Of a stretch of 42,045 nucleotides of DNA, positions 9,079-16,765 are shown piece after piece. Source of the stretch: an uncultured bacterium (GTDB lineage: Bacteria; Patescibacteriota; Patescibacteriia; UBA1558; GWA2-36-10). The translations under genes and the position numbers were made by a program. The stretch lies in the NCBI GenBank assembly GCA_937870675.1, contig CALMZN010000019.1, forward strand, positions 1 to 42,045, written 5' to 3'. The notes beneath the pieces were generated by a model. It did not search any database, was not told the origin of the DNA, and saw only the letters and a list, made by a program, of their open reading frames with translations. How positions within the stretch are numbered: the stretch's first letter is position 1; the number at the start of each line of letters is the position of its first letter.

Positions 9079-9786
9079 ATGGAAAATTCCGGTCAAGAAA
9101 TTTTAGATAAAATCAAAGAGCAAAATATTCAGCCCAAAAAGCGCTGGGAATTTTTATTTAAAAATTATTTGTTGTGGCTAGCTTTTGGGCTGGCGATATT
9201 CTTTGGTGGCCTAGCATCATCGGCGACTATTTTTATTTTTCAGCATGCCACTTGGGTGGAGATGGCGCCTGGTTTCAGCCCCCTGAAGAGATTGTGGGTT
9301 AATTTGCCATTATTCTGGTTGTTGAGTTTGTCATTGTTTTGCTTTTTGGCTTGGTATGATTTCAAGAATACCAAACGTGGCTATAAATATCATCCGCTAG
9401 TCATAGTATTATTTAGCATTGTTTTGAGCATGCTCTTGGGTGTGGCCATGTATTCGCTCGGTTTGGGTCAGAAGCTAGAAGAGGCATTTTTTAGGCGCGT
9501 ACCGCTTTACAAACAAATGTTTCGTCAAGGTGGGCGTATGTTAGTAGAGCCCGACAAAGGACACTTGGCTGGCATTATCACCAATGTAGATTCTAGCGCT
9601 ATTACGGTTGAAGATTTTCTTGGCAGGTCATGGATCATCAGTACTAGTACTGATGAATTCCAGATTGGTCAAAGAGTGATGCTGATTGGCCAGATGTCAG
9701 ACGACGATCATTTTATCTGTGAAAATATCAAGCCCTGGGTCCAAAGAGTTGGGCCACCTCCACCACCAATGTTTTTTCAGCCATAA
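9079..9786 (+). CDS. multi-pass membrane protein, candidate cognate anti-sigma factor
   Basis: 235 aa, starting 4 nt after the sigma gene stop. Has 4 predicted TM helices and a C-terminal soluble part ending PPPPPMFFQP. Confidence 0.45.
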   Translation: MENSGQEILDKIKEQNIQPKKRWEFLFKNYLLWLAFGLAIFFGGLASSATIFIFQHATWVEMAPGFSPLKRLWVNLPLFWLLSLSLFCFLAWYDFKNTKRGYKYHPLVIVLFSIVLSMLLGVAMYSLGLGQKLEEAFFRRVPLYKQMFRQGGRMLVEPDKGHLAGIITNVDSSAITVEDFLGRSWIISTSTDEFQIGQRVMLIGQMSDDDHFICENIKPWVQRVGPPPPPMFFQP

Positions 9787-9791
9787 TTTGA

Positions 9792-9825
9792 TTTTGAAAT
9801 AATTTCTGACCGGCCAGCGTATTAA
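9792..9825 (+). promoter_or_regulatory. second copy of the motif TTTTGAAATAA-N15-CGTATTAA
   Basis: ttttgaaataa at 9792-9802 and cgtattaa at 9818-9825, with spacing identical to the 8466-8499 copy. It lies upstream of the secreted-protein gene at 9880. Confidence 0.5.
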
Positions 9826-9879
9826 TTAATGCAAGAGGAGTTAGGCCGATTCCCACTTAATAATTAACAAAAATAATTT

Positions 9880-10308
9880 ATGGAGAAAAAACAATATTTA
9901 TTAGTAGCCTTTTTGGGTCTATTGGTGACCACGGCTGTGGTAGCTTCTACCAGCTTTGCTTTTGGTGGCAGGAGTGACGACGCTGTCAAAATCAACGATG
10001 ATCGTCAGCAAGTTCAGCAAGCCATCACCAATAACGACTATAGTGCTTGGCAGACAGCCATGACAGCACGGGTAGCTGAAATGCGTCAGCAAACCACTGA
10101 CCTAGAAGCCAAAATCAATCAGGATACTTTCAACAAAGTGTCCCAAGCCCATCAATTGATGCAGGATGGCAAGGTAGATGAGGCCAAAGCAATTTTTGAG
10201 GAACTAGGTATGTTTGGCCCAATGGGCAATGGTCATATGGGTGGCCGTGGTCTGGGTATGAGGGGGCAGGGTTTAGGTGTCGCCAATACTCAAAATCAAG
10301 TTCAATAA
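9880..10308 (+). CDS. secreted hypothetical protein with Gly/Met-rich tail
   Basis: Signal peptide LLVAFLGLLVTTAVVASTSFA and C-terminal GMFGPMGNGHMGGRGLGMRGQGLG. Preceded by the ECF-like promoter motif at 9792-9825. Confidence 0.6.
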   Translation: MEKKQYLLVAFLGLLVTTAVVASTSFAFGGRSDDAVKINDDRQQVQQAITNNDYSAWQTAMTARVAEMRQQTTDLEAKINQDTFNKVSQAHQLMQDGKVDEAKAIFEELGMFGPMGNGHMGGRGLGMRGQGLGVANTQNQVQ

Positions 10309-10334
10309 TTTTTTCATTGTTCATCTTAAAAAAT

Positions 10335-10361
10335 CGCCTCCGCTTTGCGGGGGTGGTTTTT
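10335..10361 (+). terminator. rho-independent terminator fused to a TGTTATACT box
   Basis: cgcctccgc ttt gcgggggtg, then gtttttattt and tgttatact at 10365-10373. Confidence 0.7.
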
Positions 10362-10397
10362 ATTTGTTATACTAAAAATATTATTAACCATAAAAAT

Positions 10398-10712
10398 ATG
10401 AGTAAAAAAAGTATTTGGCATTATGCTTTGGCCGAGGTATTGGTGGCTGTTTTGTATGTATTCTTAGTTGGTTTATTTTTCCGTAATGCCGAGAAAATAT
10501 TTGGACCAGAGGATACTATGTTGAGCCCAGTGGCCTTCTTATTATTATTGGTTTTTTCGGTATCCATAATGGGCATGACTATCTTTGGTCGTTCGATTAT
10601 GTGGTACCTAGACGGTCAAAAAAAAGAAGCAGTAAAACTTTTGTTCTATAAATTATTTTATTTATTTGTTGCTACATTTTTAGCTATGTTTAGTTTAGCA
10701 ATGAGCAGATAA
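10398..10712 (+). CDS. small membrane protein
   Basis: MSKKSIWHYALAEVLVAVLYVF... with 3 TM helices. The listed ORF start at 10317 would run through the terminator hairpin at 10335-10355, so ATG 10398 is preferred. Confidence 0.55.
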   Translation: MSKKSIWHYALAEVLVAVLYVFLVGLFFRNAEKIFGPEDTMLSPVAFLLLLVFSVSIMGMTIFGRSIMWYLDGQKKEAVKLLFYKLFYLFVATFLAMFSLAMSR

Positions 10713-10881
10713 TTTTAGGCGCAAAATATTTTTGTCAGCATTTTTTAGCACTGGCCCTAGATCCAAGCGGGCTTTTTACAAAATAATCAAAGCTACCAAT
10801 ATTCCCTAGCTCGTGTTATATTTAAGTTCGCAAATAATTTACAAACTGTAATAAAGGTGCCGGTTTTTCGTCTATATAGGT

Positions 10882-12651
10882 ATGATAGAATCAAATAATA
10901 ATCTCACTAAGCAAACATTTGCTTATTATTTTAAACACGTTTTGAAATACCGCGTGTCTTTTTTTATTATTTTGATTTTTATTGTTTTGGCTTCGGCCGC
11001 GCGAGTATTGATACCGGTTTATTACAAGAAATTTTTTGATTTATTGACCAAGACCGGTGAGATAGCTGCCATGTCTCAATTTTCCAAAATATTACTGATA
11101 ATTTTGGCTATTGATTTGTTTGCTTGGGTGTGTTGGCGGGTCTTGAGCTTTACGGCTAGCCATTTTCAGACCCATGTCATGTCGGATTTGTTCAATTCCA
11201 GCTTTGCTTACTTACACAAGCATTCGGTTTCTTTTTTTAATAATAATTTTACTGGCTCGCTAGTCAAGAAAGTCAATCGTTTTGTCTATTCTTTTGCTTC
11301 GATCATGGATGTTTTTGTTTGGAGCTTGATACCCAGCTTGATCAATGTCGCTTTGATTGTTTATGTTTTGTCACAACGCAATATTTGGGTGGGTATGGCA
11401 GTTTTTTTGTGGGTGATATTATTTTGCACCATCAATTTTGTTTTCAGTCGCTACAAATTAAAATATGATGTCAAGCGTAGTGAGCTTGATTCCAAGGTTA
11501 GTGGCGCTTTGGCTGACACTATTACCAATCAGCTAAACATAAAATTGTTTAATGGCTACAGCCGAGAAAATAATGCTTTTCGCAAAATCACCGGACGACT
11601 GCAAGCCATGCGTAATTTTACTTGGAATCTGACCAATTATTTTGACGCTGTCCAGACCTTGATGATGATCGGTTTGGAAATCGGGCTGATGTTTTATGCT
11701 CTGAAATTATGGCGAGAGGGCTTGGTCACTATTGGTGATTTTGTCTTGATCCAGACCTATTTGATAAATATGTTTGATCGCTTGTGGGATTTTGGTCGCA
11801 TCATTAGATATTATTATGAGGCCATGGCTGATGCTCAAGAAATGACTGAAATATTAGAAAAGCCCCATGAAATTGTTGATATACCCAAAGCTAAGCAGCT
11901 GAAAGTCAGTGAGGGTAAAATTGAGTTTGTCGATGTTGATTTTAGCTATAATCAAACCAGGCAGATTATAAAAAAATTGAATTTAGTTATTCAACCCAAA
12001 GAAAAAGTGGCTATAGTCGGTCCATCGGGTGGTGGCAAATCAACTATTGCTAGTATTTTGTTGCGCCAGCATGACTTGACTGATGGGCGGATAATTATTG
12101 ATGGTCAAAATATTAGTCAGGTCAGTCAGGAAAGCTTGTGGTCTAATATTGGCTTGGTTAATCAAGATCCAATTTTGTTTCACCGCTCCTTGAGTGAAAA
12201 TATTTCTTATGGCCTATGGGACTCAAGTCAAGAGCAGGTTGTTAAAGCCGCTAAGATGGCTCATTGTCATGATTTTATCAAAGGTTTTACTCAAGGGTAT
12301 GATACTTTTGTGGGTGAGCGGGGGATGCGCTTGTCCGGTGGCGAACGTCAACGCGTGGCTATGGCCAGGGCTATCATAAAAAACGCGCCAATTTTGGTGT
12401 TGGATGAAGCAACTAGTAGCTTGGACTCGGAGTCTGAGGAGTTGATTCAAAAAGCTTTGATCAATCTGATGAAAAATAAGACAGTAATTGTCATTGCTCA
12501 TCGTTTGTCTACTATCATGAAGATGGATAGAATAGTGGTCGTAGATCAGGGCCAGATAGTGGAACAGGGTAGTCATACTGAGCTTTTGAAAAAACAAGAT
12601 GGTTTTTATCAGCGCCTGTGGTCCAAGCAAGTTGGCGGTTTCATCTCATAA
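10882..12651 (+). CDS. ABC transporter, fused permease/ATPase (MsbA/multidrug exporter type)
   Basis: N-terminal six-TM domain, Walker A GPSGGGKST, signature LSGGERQRVAMARA and Walker B ILVLDEATSSLD. Confidence 0.92.
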   Translation: MIESNNNLTKQTFAYYFKHVLKYRVSFFIILIFIVLASAARVLIPVYYKKFFDLLTKTGEIAAMSQFSKILLIILAIDLFAWVCWRVLSFTASHFQTHVMSDLFNSSFAYLHKHSVSFFNNNFTGSLVKKVNRFVYSFASIMDVFVWSLIPSLINVALIVYVLSQRNIWVGMAVFLWVILFCTINFVFSRYKLKYDVKRSELDSKVSGALADTITNQLNIKLFNGYSRENNAFRKITGRLQAMRNFTWNLTNYFDAVQTLMMIGLEIGLMFYALKLWREGLVTIGDFVLIQTYLINMFDRLWDFGRIIRYYYEAMADAQEMTEILEKPHEIVDIPKAKQLKVSEGKIEFVDVDFSYNQTRQIIKKLNLVIQPKEKVAIVGPSGGGKSTIASILLRQHDLTDGRIIIDGQNISQVSQESLWSNIGLVNQDPILFHRSLSENISYGLWDSSQEQVVKAAKMAHCHDFIKGFTQGYDTFVGERGMRLSGGERQRVAMARAIIKNAPILVLDEATSSLDSESEELIQKALINLMKNKTVIVIAHRLSTIMKMDRIVVVDQGQIVEQGSHTELLKKQDGFYQRLWSKQVGGFIS

Positions 12652-12666
12652 ACTATAAGCAAAAGG

Positions 12667-12687
12667 TCGCCAGGTAGGCGATTTTTT
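12667..12687 (+). terminator. rho-independent terminator fused to a TGCTATAAT box
   Basis: tcgcc aggta ggcga tttttt, then tgctataat at 12687-12695. Confidence 0.7.
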
Positions 12688-12714
12688 GCTATAATACTTG
12701 ATATTCTATAATAC

Positions 12715-13245
12715 ATGATGTCATTAAAAAGAAATAGTCGATTTTTTTCCATATTAATTTTTTTGTTGGGCTTGATATTGGCCATTGTTTATTTGCGGGC
12801 TCCTATCAGTAGGGAGTTTATTGTTGATATCGGTCGATCAGGTTTGTTTGGCGCAATGCTTGTTGGCGCGCTGTATAGTTTTGCTTTTACTTCAAGTATT
12901 GCTACGGTGATTTTTTCCACGGCTCCATACAATGTCCATCCATTGATAGTCGCTTTTTTTGGTGGCTTGGGAGCAGCCATGTATGACTTGATTATTTTTA
13001 CTTTTGTTCGAGCCAAAACAGGCAGTGATTTTTTTGAGGCATTAAAAACAAAAATGCACAAGCGTCAAAAATTTGCTTCGGTATTTTTGTCTTTTGTTGG
13101 TGTGGTTATTTTGGCCTCCCCGCTACCCGATGAGTTAGCGGCAGGAATTCTAGGATTTTCCAAATTGTCAGTTAAAAATTTTGTCTTTATATCTTTTTTG
13201 GCAAATATCACAGGCATTTTTATGATTTTACTTATTAGTAACTAA
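12715..13245 (+). CDS. hypothetical integral membrane protein
   Basis: 176 aa with 5-6 hydrophobic helices. No recognised family. Confidence 0.55.
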   Translation: MMSLKRNSRFFSILIFLLGLILAIVYLRAPISREFIVDIGRSGLFGAMLVGALYSFAFTSSIATVIFSTAPYNVHPLIVAFFGGLGAAMYDLIIFTFVRAKTGSDFFEALKTKMHKRQKFASVFLSFVGVVILASPLPDELAAGILGFSKLSVKNFVFISFLANITGIFMILLISN

Positions 13246-13259
13246 TTTTTATAAATAAT

Positions 13260-13769
13260 ATGAAAAGTTTGAAAACAATTATTATTTTTTTGGTAGTATT
13301 TTTTGTGTTGGGTGCTTTATTCCTTTATTTTGATCGCGATTTGAGAAGCGTTAAGGGAGAGCTAGCCAGCTTAAAACAAAAAATGCAAGAAGCGCAAAAA
13401 GATAAGATTGATGCGCATGGTTGTATATTAAGCGATGGTTATACTTGGTGTGATTTGACGGCCAAATGCTTCAAAGCCAGTGAGGAAAAATGCGAATTGA
13501 GCATTGAGGAGGCGATCAAGGATATATTGGTCGAGAAATATAAAAAAGATCCAAGTGAGGTTATAGTAGCGGTTTCCCAAAGCGATGATACTCACGCTGT
13601 GGGGGCGGTCGGTATCGGCACTGGAGACCAGATTGAGGGGGGAATGTTTATAGCCATCAAGCAAGACGATGCTTGGGGGTTGTTATATGATGGCAATGGC
13701 GCGGCTGATTGTCTAGAATTGGAAATGATGGGCTTCCCCAGCAATATGCTAACTAATTTTTGCGATTAA
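13260..13769 (+). CDS. hypothetical membrane-anchored/secreted protein
   Basis: 169 aa with an N-terminal TM helix, several Cys residues, and a terminator at 13784-13813. Confidence 0.55.
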   Translation: MKSLKTIIIFLVVFFVLGALFLYFDRDLRSVKGELASLKQKMQEAQKDKIDAHGCILSDGYTWCDLTAKCFKASEEKCELSIEEAIKDILVEKYKKDPSEVIVAVSQSDDTHAVGAVGIGTGDQIEGGMFIAIKQDDAWGLLYDGNGAADCLELEMMGFPSNMLTNFCD

Positions 13770-13783
13770 AATTTGTTTAAAAG

Positions 13784-13813
13784 ACACCCTAGCTAAAAGT
13801 GGGGTGTTTTTTT
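13784..13813 (+). terminator. rho-independent terminator
   Basis: acaccc tagctaaaagt ggggtgt tttttt. Confidence 0.65.
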
Positions 13814-13878
13814 GTCAAAACTATTCTTTTTTTTATTAAAAGTGATATAATTTAGTTATCTGATTATTAGTATAATTT

Positions 13879-15168
13879 ATGGAAAAGAAATTTTTGTTTA
13901 TCAGTATTGAGGGTTTGTTGTGTGACATTGCTTGGATTATCAGTAAGGAGGGCAATCAAGTAAAAGTTTACATTAGCGACAAAAATGCTAACGATATTGG
14001 AATAGGTTTTGTGGAGCGTGTCGACTCTTGGGAGGATTGGGTGACTTGGGCCGATGTCATTGTCTTTGATGATACCTTGGGGCACGGAGCTATGGCTGAG
14101 GATTTGAGAAAAAAGGGCAAACTAGTTATTGGTGGTACTAGATATACTGATCGCTTGGAGGATGATCGTAGTTTTGGCCAGGAGGAGATGAAAAGTCATG
14201 GTATCTCTATCATTCCTTATCAAATTTTTGCTTCTTTTGATCAGGCCATTGATTTTGTGAAGAAAAATCCTGGGCGCTATGTGATAAAATCTAGCGGTGA
14301 ATCACACGTGTCTAAAGCTTTTTTGTTTATTGGTGAAGAAGATGATGGGCAGGATGTTTTGCATATATTAGAGGCCTATAAAAAAGTTTTTTCTGATAAA
14401 GTTGCAGAAATTCAGTTGCAAAAAAGAGTAGTGGGTGTGGAGGTGGCCATTGGTGGTTTTTTCAATGGCCATGAATTTTTGAATCCCATCAATGTCAACT
14501 TTGAGCATAAAAAATTATTTCCTGGGAATATTGGCCCTTCAACCGGTGAGATGGGCACTAGCATGTTTTGGAGTCAGCCCAATAAGATTTTTAACGCTAC
14601 TTTGAAAAAACTAGAGGCCAAACTAGCCGAGGAACATTTTGTCGGCTACATTGATATCAATTGCATTGTCAATGGCAATGGCATTTACCCCTTGGAGTTC
14701 ACTTCTCGTTTTGGCTATCCGACTATTTTTATCCAACAAGAGGGCATGGCTATGCCTATGAGTGAATTTTTTTATAAAATGGCTGCCGGAGAAAATTTTA
14801 TGATCAAAACAAAGAAGGGTTTTCAAATCGGCGTGCGCATCATTGTACCACCTTATCCTTTTGATGATCCGGAGACCTTTGAGTCGTTTTCCAAAAATGC
14901 GGTTATTCTTTTTCATAAACCAAACTATGACGGAGTGCATTTTGAGGATGCCAAGCTAGATAAGGGCGAGTGGCTAGTAGCTGGTGAGGCCGGTGTGGTT
15001 TTGACAATCACGGGCAGTGGCCTGACTATGAAGCAGGCGCAGAAGCACGTCTATAATAGAGTCAGTAATTTGATGATCCCCAACATGTATTATCGCACTG
15101 ATATTGGTGACCGCTGGTATGAAGACAGTGACAAGCTCAATACTTGGGGTTATTTGAGAGATAGCTAG
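13879..15168 (+). CDS. ATP-grasp enzyme related to phosphoribosylamine-glycine ligase (PurD-like)
   Basis: Three segments parallel PurD segments. EHKKLFPGNIGPSTGEMGT parallels HKR..D.GPNTGGMG, EFTSRFGYPT parallels EFNCRFGDPE, and GVVLTITGSGLTMKQAQKHVYNRVSNL...YRTDIG parallels the PurD C-domain. Confidence 0.6.
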   Translation: MEKKFLFISIEGLLCDIAWIISKEGNQVKVYISDKNANDIGIGFVERVDSWEDWVTWADVIVFDDTLGHGAMAEDLRKKGKLVIGGTRYTDRLEDDRSFGQEEMKSHGISIIPYQIFASFDQAIDFVKKNPGRYVIKSSGESHVSKAFLFIGEEDDGQDVLHILEAYKKVFSDKVAEIQLQKRVVGVEVAIGGFFNGHEFLNPINVNFEHKKLFPGNIGPSTGEMGTSMFWSQPNKIFNATLKKLEAKLAEEHFVGYIDINCIVNGNGIYPLEFTSRFGYPTIFIQQEGMAMPMSEFFYKMAAGENFMIKTKKGFQIGVRIIVPPYPFDDPETFESFSKNAVILFHKPNYDGVHFEDAKLDKGEWLVAGEAGVVLTITGSGLTMKQAQKHVYNRVSNLMIPNMYYRTDIGDRWYEDSDKLNTWGYLRDS

Positions 15169-15180
15169 ATCAATTATAAA

Positions 15181-15969
15181 TTATAATCTATTAAAATAAT
15201 TAGTAGCCGCTAATTTTGTTTTGAAGTGCAAGGCATCCTTGATGTTTAGATTTTTGGCGCCTTGCATTTTGAGCTGGTAGGCCAAAGTATTGCGTAAAAT
15301 CTGTGGCGTCACTTTGAGGCGTGGACGCAAAACATAAGCATATTTTTCAATGAGGCGTTCTACAGAGCGGACTGACAAATGGGTATCGCCGGCTTTTTTA
15401 CTGCGGTCAAAGTTGATAAATAAATAAGGATTTTTGTCACGGCGAAAATTTAAGTATTTTTCCAAGTAGTGCAGAGCGTAAGGTGGCAAGCTTAAATGTT
15501 TATTTTTAATAATAATCTCACGGCTCAAAAAATCCACTTGTTCTTTTTTTATATTGACCAAATCACTGACCTTCAAACCGCTGACATACAGTATTTCCAG
15601 CAAGGCCTTGTCACGGAAGCCCAATAAATTTTTTTTCTTCAAGGGTTGATCCAAAAAATTTTGTAGCTGTACTGGATCCATGGCTTTTAATCTATTTTTT
15701 TCTTGGGAAAGCAAGATAAAGGAATATTTTATATTCAAAAAATTTAAGTAGTTGTTGAGAATGACGAAGCGCAGATTGATACTGCCAATATTTTTTTGCT
15801 GGCTTAGTAAAAAATGGTTATATTTTTTTAAAATGTGGGTGGTGATTTTTTTGTCTTCGGTCCATAGCAAAAAATGTCGTATATGCCACAAGTAATTTTT
15901 GATAGTGCTTGGTTTTAAGTCGCGACTTTTTAAATATAGTCGATATTTGTTTAGAGAGGTTTTGTCCAT
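15181..15969 (-). CDS. tyrosine recombinase, XerC/XerD-like (short, 262 aa)
   Basis: N-terminal SAM-like core-binding domain (TIKNYLWHIRHFLLW). The catalytic region has FRDKALLEILYVSGLKVSDL (Arg), TPQILRNTLAYQL (the xxLR box with Gln in place of the usual His) and LHFKTKLAATNYF (His..Tyr). Confidence 0.8.
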   Translation of the reverse strand: MDKTSLNKYRLYLKSRDLKPSTIKNYLWHIRHFLLWTEDKKITTHILKKYNHFLLSQQKNIGSINLRFVILNNYLNFLNIKYSFILLSQEKNRLKAMDPVQLQNFLDQPLKKKNLLGFRDKALLEILYVSGLKVSDLVNIKKEQVDFLSREIIIKNKHLSLPPYALHYLEKYLNFRRDKNPYLFINFDRSKKAGDTHLSVRSVERLIEKYAYVLRPRLKVTPQILRNTLAYQLKMQGAKNLNIKDALHFKTKLAATNYFNRL

Positions 15970-15980
15970 GGTTATATCCC

Positions 15981-16027
15981 GTTAAATGCCGCCGAGCGGC
16001 AGCCGCGCTAAAGCGCGACTATTTAAC
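15981..16027. repeat. GC-rich three-way palindromic element flanked by GTTAAAT/ATTTAAC arms
   Basis: The sequence is gttaaat-gccgc cga gcggc-agc-cgcgc taaa gcgcg-act-atttaac. It starts 12 nt upstream of the recombinase start codon. Confidence 0.7.
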
Positions 16028-16109
16028 AGGATAAATTTTACCATAAAACGACACAAAATAACAAAATGGTTCAAACAACCCGTCGGGTTGGTTCTTAAAA
16101 TTTCTAGGA

Positions 16110-16138
16110 TTGACTTATTGTACCAAAAATGTTAATAT
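16110..16138 (+). promoter_or_regulatory. sigma-70-type promoter for rpsO
   Basis: TTGACT (16110-16115), a 17-nt spacer, then TAATAT (16133-16138). Confidence 0.55.
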
Positions 16139-16144
16139 CCAAGC

Positions 16145-16236
16145 ACTTAATTATTGATACTTTTGGCTTGGTTTGACCTGACAGTGATTTTTGACTATTG
16201 AGGTCTGGCTCAGTCAATGGTAATAAAGGCAAAAAA
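16145..16236 (+). promoter_or_regulatory. structured rpsO 5' leader (candidate S15 autoregulatory element)
   Basis: A ~90-nt leader with nested pairings gacc..ggtc and ttgact..agtcaa just upstream of the start codon. Function is inferred only by analogy to known S15 leaders. Confidence 0.3.
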
Positions 16237-16593
16237 ATGTTGGACAAGAAAAAAAAGCTTAAACTAATTGAAAAGTTTAAGACACACAAAAATGACACCG
16301 GCTCTCCCGAGGTGCAGATTGCTATTCTTACCGAGGAAATCAAAGAATTGACCAGACATCTGAAGGAAAACAAAAAAGATTTTTCTTCTCGCCGTGGCTT
16401 GATAGCCAAAGTGTCTTTGCGCCACAAGTTATTGCGCTATTTGGAGCGTGAAGATGAAAAACGTTTTTCAAAATTGATCAATGTTTTGGGTCTCAAGTTC
16501 AATCGCAAAGAAAAACTAGACATACTTAAAGATGAGATTGTCTTAGGCGCCTCAGAAGAAGTCAAAAGCGAAGAAAAGGTTGAAAAAGAATAA
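16237..16593 (+). CDS. rpsO: 30S ribosomal protein S15 with C-terminal acidic/Lys extension
   Basis: DTGSPEVQIAILTEEIKELTRHLKENKKDFSSRRGLIAKVSLRHKLLRYL is the S15 hallmark. ATG 16237 (MLDKKKK) is preferred over the listed 16198. Confidence 0.92.
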   Translation: MLDKKKKLKLIEKFKTHKNDTGSPEVQIAILTEEIKELTRHLKENKKDFSSRRGLIAKVSLRHKLLRYLEREDEKRFSKLINVLGLKFNRKEKLDILKDEIVLGASEEVKSEEKVEKE

Positions 16594-16607
16594 AAAGAAT
16601 CGCCAGT

Positions 16608-16630
16608 AGCCCTTGTATAATACAAGGGCT
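16608..16630 (+). promoter_or_regulatory. perfect 11-bp palindrome between rpsO and pnp (processing/attenuation hairpin candidate)
   Basis: agcccttgtat a atacaagggct. It is not followed by a T-run. Confidence 0.45.
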
Positions 16631-16765
16631 CTTGTGTAAAAAATAATTAAGGTAAAATGAAGCTAGCCGAAGGTTGGTTGGCAGATTATAGTCACGCTTT
16701 GTTTAGCTTGCCTGCAATTTGTCACATCAACTAGTACTAGCCATTTTGCCAGGAAAGTTAATTTT

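Noticed and set aside
15981-16027. An integron attC site or integron platform next to the tyrosine recombinase.
   Set aside because: The arms fit GTTRRRY/RYYYAAC but in the opposite order to attC (which is RYYYAAC...GTTRRRY). There is a single site and no cassette array. The recombinase is only 262 aa, so it lacks room for the IntI-specific insertion.
16104-16427. The 107-aa minus-strand ORF across the rpsO promoter and 5' end.
   Set aside because: It is antisense to the clearly recognisable S15 gene and its promoter, and its composition is low-complexity Ser/Phe/Leu.
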